From contig CAWDVE010000017.1 of NCBI GenBank assembly GCA_963805625.1, positions 512,001-576,000 of the forward strand: a DNA stretch of 64,000 bases, written 5' to 3'. The position numbers were made by a program, and so were the translations under genes. Under the pieces are notes generated by a model. It made no database searches. It was not told the origin of the DNA and worked only from the letters and a program-made list of their open reading frames with translations. Of this stretch, positions 44,415 to 56,984 are shown in pieces; position 1 is the stretch's first letter; every line of letters starts with the position of its first letter. The DNA comes from an uncultured Candidatus Rokubacteria bacterium. GTDB lineage: Bacteria > Methylomirabilota > Methylomirabilia > Rokubacteriales > DASRDR01.

Positions 44415-46616
44415 TCACGGCGCTGCGAAGCGGCGAAGGACGTTGTCGAGAACGCGGGAGATGTTGTTCCGGTAGCCGTTGTGCGAGAGGCTCCCGCAGA
44501 AGGTGATCGAGCCGACCGAGAAGACGGCCCCGCCGCGCGGCGTCTCGAAGTAGACCATGTCAGCCCGGATCAGCTTGTCGGGCGGGTCGCCGGGCCAGGT
44601 CGCCACGTGGGTTAGCCAGTCCTCGGGGACGAGGACGAACTTCGTGAGGTCGTGCTTCTCCGAGGAGGCCAGGACCACCGCGTGGGGCGGCGTCCCGAGC
44701 CGCGCGTCGGCCCGGTCGAGCTCGAAGCCCGCCGCGCCGCCGCCGGAGAGCCCGAAGTCACCGAGGATCTCGTCCGGCACACCGTCGAAGATCCAGGAGA
44801 CCCGAGGGTCCCGTGATGCGGGGAGGCGGCGGTAGTACGAGCCCTCGAACGGTCCCTGGGAGGTGAACCCCACCCCGGCCAGCTTCTGGGGCGGCCGCCC
44901 GTTCCGCCGCCAGAGCCCCCCGTACTGGCCGTCCAGGCTCATGAAGTACTCTCCGGGCTCGGCGGCCCAGGCGCGGATGCCGCCCTCAGCGCGCCGCACC
45001 TCCAGCGCGCCCGGCACGGCCGAGTGGGCCGCGACGCGCCAGTAGAAGCCGTTCCCACCGAGGTACATCAGCCGGCCGCCCTGCTCGAGATAGGCCGTCA
45101 GCGCGTCCATGGTCTGAAGACTCTGGTACTCGGGATGGGTCGGCGTCAGGACGACCTTGTACGAGGCGAGCAGCTCGAGGCCCTCGGCGTGGAGATCCTC
45201 GTCGGTGACCACGTCATAGCGGTGGCCCATCTGCTCCAGCCAGTCGAGGAGGTAGAGATCGGCGGGGAGGTGACGGACCCCCGACCCGCGCGGGTCCACG
45301 TAGGCGAGGAAGCTCGAGCGAAGGTTCAGGATCGGCCGGAGGCGCGAGGAGTAAGCGATCCCGCTCCCGTCATGATGGTAGTTGTAGGTGGACAGCGCGT
45401 AGTCCTGGTGCTCGTCGCTCGTCCACGGACGCGCCCCCCAGGCCGCCACGCGCGCTCGGTACTCGTCGTTGGTGACGTCGCGCGCGATGTTCGCGTACAC
45501 GATGTACGTGAACGTCGGCATCAGCACGCAGACGTCCGCGGTCCGCCGCCCGCGCGGCGGGCGGACGAAGAACGGGATCATGTCCTCGACGTCGCCCGCC
45601 CTGAGCCGCACCGCGTACACGCCGCTCCGGAGCCCGTCCGGCACGGTATAGGTGAAGTCGGTGGCCCACCCGCAGTCGTAGAGATCGTCGTCGTGGAAAT
45701 GGATGGCGCCGTACTGGCCGGGCGCGTGGCGCCAGCACATCTCCTCGCCCGTCCAGGTCGAGCCCATCATGGCGCGAGCCGGGAGATTGACGACCTCTCC
45801 GTGGTGCCCGCTCGGCCCCACGTCCACCACGCGGGTGCTGGAGGTCTCGCGGCTGAAGTCCCAGGCCGCCACCAGGTGGCGGCGGAACGTCCCGTCCGGC
45901 GCGGAGGGAATGGCGGCTTCTGGGAGCGCGACGTCGTACACCGCGGGGCGCTCGACCTTGCCGTTGTAGTGGCCGCCCACGGGCGCGCCCCCCAGCGCGG
46001 CGACGAGCAGCGGGGTGCGGCTGTCGAGCGCCGGCGAGAAGGGCACGGTGACGGTCGCGTGGCCTGCGTCGTCCGCGCGCACGCGCGGCACCAGCGGCGC
46101 CTGGCCCACGGTGAGCGTCCGTGCGGCCGCGTCATAGGTCGCCCACACGCGATACCACGCCCTCGCCAGCAGAAGCTTACCGACATGGACCGTTGCGACA
46201 TCACTGCGCCCGTTCCCGACCAGCGCGCCGGCACCTCGGTCGTCCACGAAGAGGGCGAACCCGGTACCGGCCTTCGGATCATGGCGCGCCACGATGCCCT
46301 GGCGCGCGCGATCGGGCGTGGTCGGCCAGATCGTCGCAACCATCGTGAAGCTGGCGAGCCGCCCGAACGCCGGGGCGTCCGGCACGCGGACGTAGGAGCC
46401 GAGTGGCACCGGCTGGACGCGCGAAGGATAGCTCGCGGCGAACGGCGCGGAAAGGGGCTCCTCCTTGAGGCCGGGGCCCGCGGGGTTCGGGTCGCCGGAA
46501 ATGAGACGGACCAGACGCGCCTGATATGGCGTCGCAGCGGTGCTCGACACCTTGAAGGCGATTGTCTGGCCCGGCGCAACGGAAAAGCGGTCCGCGTAGC
46601 CGGTCAGGGGAAGCAT
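44415..46616 (-). CDS. N,N-dimethylformamidase large (beta) subunit-like protein
   Basis: GYADRFSVAPG, LamG-like insert, AIHFHDDDL, PTFTYIVYAN, HPEY, YLGGNGFYW; GAGGAGG RBS. Confidence 0.9.
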   Translation of the reverse strand: MLPLTGYADRFSVAPGQTIAFKVSSTAATPYQARLVRLISGDPNPAGPGLKEEPLSAPFAASYPSRVQPVPLGSYVRVPDAPAFGRLASFTMVATIWPTTPDRARQGIVARHDPKAGTGFALFVDDRGAGALVGNGRSDVATVHVGKLLLARAWYRVWATYDAAARTLTVGQAPLVPRVRADDAGHATVTVPFSPALDSRTPLLVAALGGAPVGGHYNGKVERPAVYDVALPEAAIPSAPDGTFRRHLVAAWDFSRETSSTRVVDVGPSGHHGEVVNLPARAMMGSTWTGEEMCWRHAPGQYGAIHFHDDDLYDCGWATDFTYTVPDGLRSGVYAVRLRAGDVEDMIPFFVRPPRGRRTADVCVLMPTFTYIVYANIARDVTNDEYRARVAAWGARPWTSDEHQDYALSTYNYHHDGSGIAYSSRLRPILNLRSSFLAYVDPRGSGVRHLPADLYLLDWLEQMGHRYDVVTDEDLHAEGLELLASYKVVLTPTHPEYQSLQTMDALTAYLEQGGRLMYLGGNGFYWRVAAHSAVPGALEVRRAEGGIRAWAAEPGEYFMSLDGQYGGLWRRNGRPPQKLAGVGFTSQGPFEGSYYRRLPASRDPRVSWIFDGVPDEILGDFGLSGGGAAGFELDRADARLGTPPHAVVLASSEKHDLTKFVLVPEDWLTHVATWPGDPPDKLIRADMVYFETPRGGAVFSVGSITFCGSLSHNGYRNNISRVLDNVLRRFAAP

Positions 46617-46789
46617 GATCCTCCTCGGCGTCCGGGCCCGGCGGCGGGCCGGTCCGGGGATGAGGGCGCCACGGGCGCCCGGAGATCGTCGTCGCGGTGG
46701 CTGGAGTCTAGCGCGCGGCGGGTTGGGCCAGCAAGAACCGAGGCGTGTCGTGCTCGCGGACCGCCGTCGCCTTGGCTCAGCCTTCCGGG

Positions 46790-47533
46790 ATGTCGTAGAG
46801 CGTGAAGCGACCTCCGGGGACCCGAGCGAACAATGGGCCATAGCTCCACCAGGACCGCCGCTCCGTAGACACGCCGCGAGGACCGTTCGCGCCGGGGACG
46901 GTAGTGGACGGCCGTGATGCCAGCGCCACGCGGCGCGGGCGGTCCAGCCCGTCGCGATCACGCCCGCCGCCTGCAGGCCGACCTGAACGTGGATCAGGGT
47001 TGCTCCGATGAGCGCTGGAACCGCAGCCCGCTTCCGTCCAGCCACCACGCCAGGGCGAGGAGACCCGGGGCCTTGGCCAGGGGAGCGGGTTCAACTCGGC
47101 GCGGACCAGCCAGTGATCGGCGAGGGCCGGGCCCGGGACCAGAACGCAGAGGGCTGCTGCGAGGTATCCGGCGGCCCGGTTCGCGTGTAACGCGCGACCG
47201 AGACGGTAGCCTGCCACCGCCAGGAGAGCGACCCTGGATAATCCAGAGCAGCAGTGCCGCGGTGGGTATGCCGAGCATGCGAGAGAGCGCCCCGAAAACG
47301 CCCAGATATGCGGCCCGGACTCCCTCGCCGCCGGCGTTCAGGAACCAGTCGCGGGCGAGAAACCCCGGATCGAGGACACGCTGCAGCTCGACGAGGTGAA
47401 CGAGCTGGTTCCCCCGGTCGAACAGATAGCAGGTGTCCGAGGTCCAAGTCCACGCGAGGATGGCTAGGAGAATGGCGGCGCCGATGGTGCGCTCGATCAC
47501 GCGATCTGCCGGCCCCGTTGGCGCGGCGCTCAT
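46790..47533 (-). pseudogene. Multiply frameshifted integral membrane protein
   Basis: NQLVHL..DPGFLARDWFLN, then TM segments continuing in three different frames; 3' end approximate. Confidence 0.55.
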
Positions 47534-47819
47534 GGCGCCCCGACCGTGTATCACAGCCATTCAATCGGCCCCGCGTTTCAGGGTTCGTCGCGGACGACCC
47601 CGGGGAGCTCACTCTCGGGGCATTGGGCGGTCGTCAGGGGCGTCGCACGCTCCTGCCAGGAACGGTCGTCGCGGCGCCGATTTCCGTGTCGACCAGCCCT
47701 TTGATTGCCTTGGCGCGTGTCGTGTAACATATGATGTAAAATGGATAATCTGTCATTGACGTGATTCGGTGTGTCCGGACGATCCCGTGGCAATTCCTTT
47801 GCATCCTCATCCAGGCACC

Positions 47820-50083
47820 ATGGATGGAGGAGTGCGCCCAGGGTTTCGACACATGGCGGCGCTCGTGCCGATGCTCCTGGGAGCCTGTCTGTTCACGGCT
47901 CCGTCGCCCCCAACCTGGTCCGCCCCAGCTGAACGGGTCGACTTTCGGCGAGACGTTCAGCCCATCCTCCAGGCGTCCTGCACCAAGTGCCACGGTTCGA
48001 CTCGCCAGCGGGGCCAGCTCCGGTTGGACTCGCGGACATTCGCTTTCCACGGCGGCGTCACGGGGCCGGTGATCATCCCTGGCGACAACGCGCGGAGTCG
48101 TCTCGCCCAGCTCATCGCCCATCCCGACGCGGCGGAACGGATGCCCCAACCTTCCACCGTGCCCGCCCTGTCCGCGGAGAAGGTGCAGCTCATCCGACGC
48201 TGGATCGACCAGGGTGCAGTCTGGCCCGAGATCGCGGGCGAGGCCAGGTACGAGCCGCACTGGGCCTACCGCGAGCCGGTCCGCCCGAGCCCGCCGCCCG
48301 TGAGGAATGCCGGCTGGGTGCGCAATCCGATCGACGCGTTCGTGCTCGCGCGGCTCGAGCAGGAGGGGCTCGCGCCATCGCCGGAGGCAGCGCGGGTGAC
48401 CCTGATCCGACGCGTAACCCTTGACCTCACGGGACTGCCGCCGACCCCGGGTGAGGTGGATGCCTTCCTCGCGGATACTCGCCCTAACGCCTACGAGAAG
48501 GTTGTGGACCAGCTCCTCGCGTCGCCCCACTACGGCGAGCGCTGGGCACGCTCCTGGCTCGATCTCGTGCGCTACGCGGACACCGACGGCGGGAGCTGGG
48601 ACCGGCCGCGATCGATGTGGCCGTACCGCGACTGGGTCATTCGCGCGTTCAACCAGGACATGCCCTTCACGCGGTTCACGATCCAGCAGATCGCCGGCGA
48701 CCTCCTGCCGGGCGCCACGTCCGATCAGTTCGTGGCCGCGGGCATGCACGCCAACGCCACCCTGAACCAGGAGGCCGGCGTCGATGCCGACGAGGTTCGC
48801 TGGGAAGCGCTGACCGACCGCGTGGACACCACCGCGACGGTGTGGCTGGGATCGACGCTCGCGTGCGCGCGTTGCCACAACCACAAGTACGACCCGTTCA
48901 CACAGAAGGACTACTACCGGTTCCTGGCCTTCTTCAACCACGCGGACGTGTTCGAGTACGCGCTCCCTCACCTGCCCGATCCGGCGCGCGCGGGCAAGCC
49001 TGCTCTCACCTCCGTGGTCATCGAGCACCCGACGGGGATGCCGGCCGCCCACGTGCGAGTCCGCGGGATCTTCACTCAGAAGGGCGAGCAGGTCTCGGCC
49101 GGCACGCCGCGCGTTCTTCACCCGATGCGCCGCGGATGGCCCGTGAATCGACTTGGGCTCGCCTACTGGCTTGCCGACGACGCCAACCCCCTGACCGCCC
49201 GCGTCGTGGTCAACCGGTTCTGGGGGGAGATGTTCGGCCGGGCCCTGGCGGAAACGGCGGAGGATCTCGGCACCCAGGGTCGGCGCCCGTCCCATCCGGA
49301 GCTCCTCGACTGGCTGGCGACGGAGTTCGTGCGCGGGGGCTGGAGCATGAAGGGGATCCAGCGCACGATGGTGACCTCGGCCACGTACCGCCAGTCCTCC
49401 CGCGCGACGCCAGTGCTGCTGGAGCGGGATCCGGAAAACGTTCTCCTCGCGCGCGGCCCGCGATTCCGCCTTCCAGCTGAGACGATCCGGGACGTCGCGC
49501 TCGCGGCCAGCGGGCTGCTCAACCCCAAAGTTGGCGGGCCGAGCGTCTTTCCGCCGCTGCCGGACGAGCACGTCTTTACGCCCAACAACAAGAGCCAAGC
49601 GGCCTGGACAGCAAGCGTGGGCGAGGATGCGCGTCGGCGCGGGCTCTACACGTTCTGGCGACGGACGGCGCCTTATCCGGCTTTTGCGACGTTCGACGCG
49701 CCGAGTCGCGAGGTGACGACGGTTCGGCGCCCTCGCACGAACACGCCGCTCCAGGCGCTGAGCGGCCTGAACGACCCCGCGTTCGTCGACGCGGCCCGGG
49801 GGCTCGCGCGCCGAATCGCGCGAGAGCCGTCAGGTGATCCCGCGGCTCGCGCGATCCACGCCTTCCGCTTGTGCGTGGCGCGGCCCCCGGAGCCGGAGGA
49901 GCTTCAGCTGCTGCTGGCCGAGTTCCATCGGGAGCGCGACCACTTTGGGACCGAGCCGCGAGCGGCACGGCAAGTCGTCGGAGACGAAAGTCCGCGTGTC
50001 GCCGAGACCGAGCTCCGTGATCTGGCGGCCTGGACAGTCGTGGCGGGGGCCCTACTGAACCTCGACGAGACGCTGACCAAGGA

Positions 50084-50087
<4 letters not shown>
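47820..50087 (+). CDS. Planctomycete cytochrome c / DUF1549 / DUF1553 (PSCyt-PSD1) protein
   Basis: [65 protein letters not shown]; start uncertain. Confidence 0.92.
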
Positions 50088-51538
<1,451 letters not shown>

Positions 51539-51602
51539 GAGGACTGCCGCGTCCTCAATTCGCCCGCCGACGCGAGCCTCGCCAGCAGGATCGGGGCCCT
51601 GA

Positions 51603-51905
51603 TCAGACCGGGCGTTCGCGGATCTCGCCGATCTTCCGGTCGCGGTCGCGGGTGAACCGGTCGCGATCGCGCGCCAGCTCCTCGTTGAGCTTCTGGACCT
51701 CCTCGTGGCTCTTCGCCTGGCGCAGGGCGCCGCGGTGCAGGATCTCCCGCTCCGCCACCTTGGCCTCGTAGACGCGCCGCGCTTCCGCGATCGCCGCCTT
51801 CTGCTCGCTGGTGAGCGGACGCTCAACGACGCCCCCCTCCTTGTCCTTCAGGCGGAGGCGCTCCATCGCGAGCTCGTACGCGCTCTTGGGTCCACTGTCC
51901 GTCAC
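51603..51905 (-). CDS. Small conserved coiled-coil hypothetical protein
   Basis: PKSAYELAMERL..LTSEQKAAIAEAR..AKVAEREI; GAGGTG RBS. Confidence 0.7.
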   Translation of the reverse strand: MTDSGPKSAYELAMERLRLKDKEGGVVERPLTSEQKAAIAEARRVYEAKVAEREILHRGALRQAKSHEEVQKLNEELARDRDRFTRDRDRKIGEIRERPV

Positions 51906-52019
51906 GGTCGCCACCTCACTTTCCCGAGCGTTCCGCGTAGTGTAGCGCGACGGCGGGGCCCGTGGGGAGCGCGACTGCAGGTGACGCGGGAGACGATCTA
52001 CGCTAGCATCCTCGCGACC

Positions 52020-52766
52020 ATGACCGGGATCGCGCCGGCTGTCCGGGCCGACCTCGCTCCGAGCGGGACGCTTCGCGCCGGCGTCAACTACGGGAATTTC
52101 ATCCTCGCCACGAAGGACCCGGCGACCGGGGAGTCCCGCGGAGTGGCGATCGACCTGACGCAGGAGCTCGGCCGGCGGCTGGGCGTGCCGGTCGCGATCG
52201 TCGCCTACGACAGCGTCGCCGTCATGGTGGACGCCGCGAAGACCGGCGCCTGGGACATCGCGTTCCTCGGGATCGATCCGGCCCGCGAGGGCGAGATCGG
52301 CTTCACCGCCGCCTACCTCGAGATCGAGGCCACCTATCTGGTGCCGGCCGGGTCGCCACTCGGGGCCGTGGAGGACGTCGACCGGGAGGGCGTGCGCGTG
52401 GCCGCGCCGGCGAGGGCCAACTACGAGCTCTACCTGGGCCGGCATCTCAAGCGCGCGGAGCTCGTGCGGGCCCCGAACGCCGAGGCGGCCTTCGGCTTGC
52501 TCGCGGCCGGTCAGGTGGACGTGCTCGCCGGTCTCCGGCAGGCGCTGATCGCGCTCCCCGAGCGGCTCCCCGGGGCGCGTGTGCTCGACGGGCGGTTCAT
52601 GGCGGTGCAGCAGGCCGTCGGCATGCCGCGGGGCCGCGACGCCGGCCTCGCGTACCTCCGCGGGGTCGTCGAGGACGCGAAGGCCTCCGGGTTGGTTGCG
52701 CGCGCGATCGAGAGGACGGGCGCGCGGGGCGTCTCGGTGGCTCCCCGAGCGGCCGGAACAGGATGA
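52020..52766 (+). CDS. Polar amino acid-type ABC substrate-binding protein (family 3)
   Basis: LAPSGTLRAGVNYGN, WDIAFLGIDPAR, VDREGVRVA. Confidence 0.85.
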   Translation: MTGIAPAVRADLAPSGTLRAGVNYGNFILATKDPATGESRGVAIDLTQELGRRLGVPVAIVAYDSVAVMVDAAKTGAWDIAFLGIDPAREGEIGFTAAYLEIEATYLVPAGSPLGAVEDVDREGVRVAAPARANYELYLGRHLKRAELVRAPNAEAAFGLLAAGQVDVLAGLRQALIALPERLPGARVLDGRFMAVQQAVGMPRGRDAGLAYLRGVVEDAKASGLVARAIERTGARGVSVAPRAAGTG

Positions 52767-53602
52767 TCCCCGATTTCCTCTACGGCACCGCCTGGAAGGA
52801 AGACCGGACGGCGGCGCTGACCGAGCTCGCGCTCCGGACCGGCTTCCGGGGCGTCGACACCGCGAACCAGCGGCGGCACTACTTCGAGGTTGGCGTCGGG
52901 GAGGGGCTCGCCGCGGCCTACCGCGCGGGGGTGGTGTCGCGGGCGGATCTCTTTCTCCAGACGAAATTCACGTACCAGCCGGGCCAGGACCACCGCCTGC
53001 CCTACGATCCGGTGGCCGATCTCTCGACGCAGGTCGCCCAGTCGCTCGCGAGCTCGCTCGAGCACCTCGGGACCGACTACGTCGACAGCTACGTGCTGCA
53101 CGGCCCCGCCTCCGGCCACGGCTGGACGCCCGACGACGCCGAGGTGTGGGCTCAGATGGCGCGGGAGCGGGACGCTGGGCGCACGCGGCTCCTCGGCGTC
53201 AGCAACGTCTCCCTGCGGCATCTCCAGGAGATGGCGGGCTCCGGCGCCGAAGCTCCCGCGTTCGTCCAGAATCGCTGCTTCGCCCGAACGGGCTGGGACC
53301 GCGAAGTGCGAGCGTTCTGCGCCAAGGCGAAAAGCGTGTATCAGGGCTTCTCGCTCCTGACCGCGAATCCCGAGGTGCTGCGCCACCCTGTGGTTGCCGG
53401 CATCGCCGCACGTGGCAAGGCCACGCCGGCCCAGGTGGTGTTCCGGTTCGCCCAAGCGGTCGGGATGCTCCCGCTGACGGGCACCACCGACGCCGCGCAC
53501 ATGACGCAGGCTCTGGAGAGCCGCGCCCTGACGCTCAGCCCCGACGAGGTGCTAGCCGTCGAGAGCCTCGCGGTGTCCCGCGGAGTCCGAGGAGGGCGTT
53601 GA
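52763..53602 (+). CDS. Aldo/keto reductase
   Basis: YGTAWK, DTANQRRHY, QTKFT, YVLHGP, GVSNV. Confidence 0.88.
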   Translation: MIPDFLYGTAWKEDRTAALTELALRTGFRGVDTANQRRHYFEVGVGEGLAAAYRAGVVSRADLFLQTKFTYQPGQDHRLPYDPVADLSTQVAQSLASSLEHLGTDYVDSYVLHGPASGHGWTPDDAEVWAQMARERDAGRTRLLGVSNVSLRHLQEMAGSGAEAPAFVQNRCFARTGWDREVRAFCAKAKSVYQGFSLLTANPEVLRHPVVAGIAARGKATPAQVVFRFAQAVGMLPLTGTTDAAHMTQALESRALTLSPDEVLAVESLAVSRGVRGGR

Positions 53603-53648
53603 CGCTCGCCGATTGATGGGGGTACTGTGCTGGCTGGATAGCACAGTA
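53599..53648 (+). promoter_or_regulatory. Promoter with overlapping palindromic operator (GntR autoregulation)
   Basis: TTGACG (53599)-18 bp-TACTGT; perfect IR TACTGTGCT-N8-AGCACAGTA (53623-53648). Confidence 0.7.
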
Positions 53649-53669
53649 TCACGTGGGTGGTGATCGCGA

Positions 53670-54659
53670 GTGCTCACAATCGACCGGGCGAGCGGGCTGC
53701 CGATCTACCTCCAGATCCGGCACCAGATCGTCTACGAGATCGCCCTCGGGCGTCTTCAGCCCGGCGCGCCTCTGCCCTCGATCCGCCAGCTGGCCGCGAG
53801 CCTGCGCGTGACGACGGTGACCGTCCGTCACGCGTACGATGCGCTGGCCGCCGAGAACCTCGTGGTGAGTCACCCCGGCCGGGGCGTCATGGTCGCGGAC
53901 CTCAGCGCGGACGCCCGGATCCAGGTGTCGCTCAGGCGCGAGGCGCTGGCCGACCTGTTCGCGCCGGCGTTGAACCGGGCCCGCGCGCTCGGCTACTCGC
54001 CGGAGGAGATCCGGGCGGGGTTCCACCGGGCGCTGGCCGGGAAGGGGCGGCCGCGGGTCGCGTTCGTCGGCTCGGAGCAGGAGTTCGTGGACCGCTACAC
54101 GCCGCTGCTCGCCGAGACCGTGCGCGACCTCGGCGTCGAGGTGGTCGGGGTGCTACTGCGCGACCTCGAGCGCCGCGGTGTCGAGGCGCTGGGGGAGCCG
54201 CCCGAGCACGTCGCCACCCTGGTGCGGAGCTACGCGGCGGTTCGGAACCTTTTGCGGGACACCGCCCTGCCGGTCTTCGGCCTGGCCCTCGAGCTGTCGT
54301 CCGAGACGCGTGCCGAGCTGCTCGCCCTGCCCGGCACGACCCGCGCCGTGCTGGTCGCGGAGCACGTCAACCTCATCGGGATGGCTCACTTGATCGAGCA
54401 GTACTGGATGCCGGCAGGTTCGATCCGCCACGTCCCGCTGGAGAACCGCGCCCTCGCGGCGGCGCTGCGCGACGCCGAGGTCATCATCCATTCCTTGCAC
54501 GCGCGGCGGGCGGTGGCGCGTGCGGCGGCGCCGGGGCGGCGGCTCCTGGAGCTGCGTCACGACCTGAGCCCGATCTCGGCCGCCCGCTTCCGCGACGAGC
54601 TGGTCGCCTCGCGGCTGGCCGTTGCCGATCAGCCCGTGCGGGTGGCCAACCCAGCATGA
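53670..54659 (+). CDS. GntR-family (YtrA-like HTH) regulator with extended C-terminal domain
   Basis: PIYLQI..LQPGAPLPSIRQLA..TVRHAY..GRGV. Confidence 0.88.
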   Translation: MLTIDRASGLPIYLQIRHQIVYEIALGRLQPGAPLPSIRQLAASLRVTTVTVRHAYDALAAENLVVSHPGRGVMVADLSADARIQVSLRREALADLFAPALNRARALGYSPEEIRAGFHRALAGKGRPRVAFVGSEQEFVDRYTPLLAETVRDLGVEVVGVLLRDLERRGVEALGEPPEHVATLVRSYAAVRNLLRDTALPVFGLALELSSETRAELLALPGTTRAVLVAEHVNLIGMAHLIEQYWMPAGSIRHVPLENRALAAALRDAEVIIHSLHARRAVARAAAPGRRLLELRHDLSPISAARFRDELVASRLAVADQPVRVANPA

Positions 54660-54687
54660 ACCAGATCCGACTCACACCGAGGGGAGA

Positions 54688-55965
54688 ATGACCGTGGAGA
54701 ACAAGCGAGAGGCGCGCCAGGCCCGCCTGACCGAGTCCTCGACCGCCTCGTGGCTGTCCGCCAGCATGAAGGCGTCCTTGATGCTCGACTACGCGGACGG
54801 AGGCCTTCCGAGCCCCGTGACGGCCGCGCGCTACCTGAGCGACCTCTCGGAGGAGCTCGGGGACGTCGTGAGCCTGTCGGGCGGGACGATCGGGGACCGG
54901 CTGCCGCCCGACTTCGTCCGGGATGCGGCTCGCGCGGCGGTCGACAAGTACCCACACTACCCGGGGGTCAAGGGCCACCGGGATCTCCGGCAGGCGATCT
55001 CGCGGAAGCTCGAACGCGAGAACGGCATGCTCGCAGACGCCGACGACGAGATCCTCGTCACCATCGGCGCCCAGCAGGTCATCGACAGCACCTTCCGGAT
55101 CCTGGTCGGCGCCGGTGACGAGGTGCTGCTGTTCGATCCCGAGTACGCGAGCACGGAGCCGGCGATCCGGATGGCCGGCGGCCGGGTTGTCCCGGTGCCC
55201 CTGGCGCTCGAGAAGAGCGAGTGGCGCTTCGACTTCGAGGCCCTGGCGCGCCGGGCCACTCGCAAGAGCAAGCTCCTCGTCATGAGCAACGGCGGCAACC
55301 CCTCGGGCATCGTGTATTCCCGCGAGGACCTCGCGCAGATCGCCGACCTGGCCCGGCGGCTCGACCTCTGGGTCTTCTCGGACGAGGAGTACGAGAAGAC
55401 TCTGCTGGACGGGACGACGCACTACAGCATCGCGGCGCTGCCCGGCATGAAGGAACGGACCGTGACGGCCTTCTCCTTCTCGAAGGCGTATGGCATGACG
55501 GCGTACCGGATCGGCTACGCCGTCGGCCCCGCCAAGGTCATCGATCACATGCACAGCATCCTGCGCTTCTCCCTACAGGCCTGCCCGGCGGTGGGGCAGC
55601 GCGCGGCCCATGCCGTGCTGACCGGCGACATGGAGCCCTGGCTGCGCGACAACATTGCCAACCTGGAGCAAAAGCGGGACTACCTCGTCGACCGGCTCAA
55701 CCGGATCCCGGGGGTGCACTGCAACACGCCGAAGGGCTGCTACTTCACCTTTCCGGACGTGCGGGGGCTGGGGTTGCCCACGTTCCAGTTGGCGGAGCAT
55801 CTGCTGCGGCGCGGCCGCGTCGCCGTCGCTCCGGGATTCGAGTTCGGCCCGAAGGGCGAGGGCCACATCCGCATCAGCTTCTGCTTCAGCCTGGAGCAGA
55901 TCGCCGAAGGCATGAATCGGCTGGAGCGGGCACTCGGCGAGCTGCCGGCCCCGCGGCCCGCCTGA
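54688..55965 (+). CDS. Class I/II PLP aminotransferase
   Basis: NPSG, SDEEY, SFSKAYGMTAYRIG. Confidence 0.92.
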   Translation: MTVENKREARQARLTESSTASWLSASMKASLMLDYADGGLPSPVTAARYLSDLSEELGDVVSLSGGTIGDRLPPDFVRDAARAAVDKYPHYPGVKGHRDLRQAISRKLERENGMLADADDEILVTIGAQQVIDSTFRILVGAGDEVLLFDPEYASTEPAIRMAGGRVVPVPLALEKSEWRFDFEALARRATRKSKLLVMSNGGNPSGIVYSREDLAQIADLARRLDLWVFSDEEYEKTLLDGTTHYSIAALPGMKERTVTAFSFSKAYGMTAYRIGYAVGPAKVIDHMHSILRFSLQACPAVGQRAAHAVLTGDMEPWLRDNIANLEQKRDYLVDRLNRIPGVHCNTPKGCYFTFPDVRGLGLPTFQLAEHLLRRGRVAVAPGFEFGPKGEGHIRISFCFSLEQIAEGMNRLERALGELPAPRPA

Positions 55966-55975
55966 GGAGGGTTGA

Positions 55976-56959
55976 ATGCGACAGCCCGGAACGTTCGGCA
56001 GTCTCCGGGCCGCGCCGGGGACCAAGGTCACCGGCTGGCTCGACGTGGCGGAGCGGCCAGGAGGGGCGATCCGCTGCCCCGTCGGACTGGTCAACGGCGC
56101 CGAGGATGGGCCGCACCTGTCGATCACGGCGGGAGTCCACGGGACGGAGTACGTCGCCCAGGAAGCAGCGATCCGGTTCTTCCGAGAGCTGGATCCTAAG
56201 GCCGTTCGCGGCGCCGTCGGCTTCATCTTCATCGTCAACGTGCCCGGCTGGGAGGCGGCCGAGACATTCGCCAACCCGATGGACGGGCAGAACCTGAACC
56301 GCATCTTTCCCGGTAACACGAACGGCACCGTCAGCTTCGTGATCGCCCACCGCGTCGTCGAGCTGCTCTCGAACTGGGGCAAGTGGCACATCGACATGCA
56401 CGGAGGGGACGCCTCCGAGTGGCTCAACCCGTTCGCGATCTTCCACCGGACCGGCAAGCCTGAGGTCGATTCGGTCTCCGAGCAGATGGCTCGCCTGTGG
56501 GACACCGAGGTGGTCTGGTCGATGACCCACCAGTCCGGCTACCCGGGGACACTGGTCGGGACGCTGGCCGACCGCGGGATCCCGTCGATCGTGGCGGAGT
56601 CCGGATACCTGTCCACATACAACGAGCCGGAGATCGCGGTACACCTGAAGGGGGCCCGCAACGTGATGCGGGCGTTCGGCCTGGTCGACGGGAAGCCCGA
56701 GCACGCTCGGTCCCGCGACCCGATGATGATGACCGAGAACTGGGTGGCCTACGCCACCCGGGGGGGTGTGTTCCACCCGCAGGTCAAGCCGGGCGACCGG
56801 GTACGCGCCGGCCAGGTGATCGCCGTGATCAAGGACGTCTTCGGCGAGGCCGTCGAGGAGATCGTGTCGCCGAAGACCGGGCTGGTGCGCATCCAGCATC
56901 CGCGCCGCGTCGTGAACAGCGGCAACCCGGTCTTCCGTGGCTGGGTGGTGTCCGGCTAG
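55976..56959 (+). CDS. Succinylglutamate desuccinylase/aspartoacylase family deacylase
   Basis: GVHGTE, NLNRIFPG, IDMHGG, C-terminal biotinyl-like domain. Confidence 0.9.
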   Translation: MRQPGTFGSLRAAPGTKVTGWLDVAERPGGAIRCPVGLVNGAEDGPHLSITAGVHGTEYVAQEAAIRFFRELDPKAVRGAVGFIFIVNVPGWEAAETFANPMDGQNLNRIFPGNTNGTVSFVIAHRVVELLSNWGKWHIDMHGGDASEWLNPFAIFHRTGKPEVDSVSEQMARLWDTEVVWSMTHQSGYPGTLVGTLADRGIPSIVAESGYLSTYNEPEIAVHLKGARNVMRAFGLVDGKPEHARSRDPMMMTENWVAYATRGGVFHPQVKPGDRVRAGQVIAVIKDVFGEAVEEIVSPKTGLVRIQHPRRVVNSGNPVFRGWVVSG

Positions 56960-56984
56960 GGCTGACCCGGAAGGAGGCAGGCCG

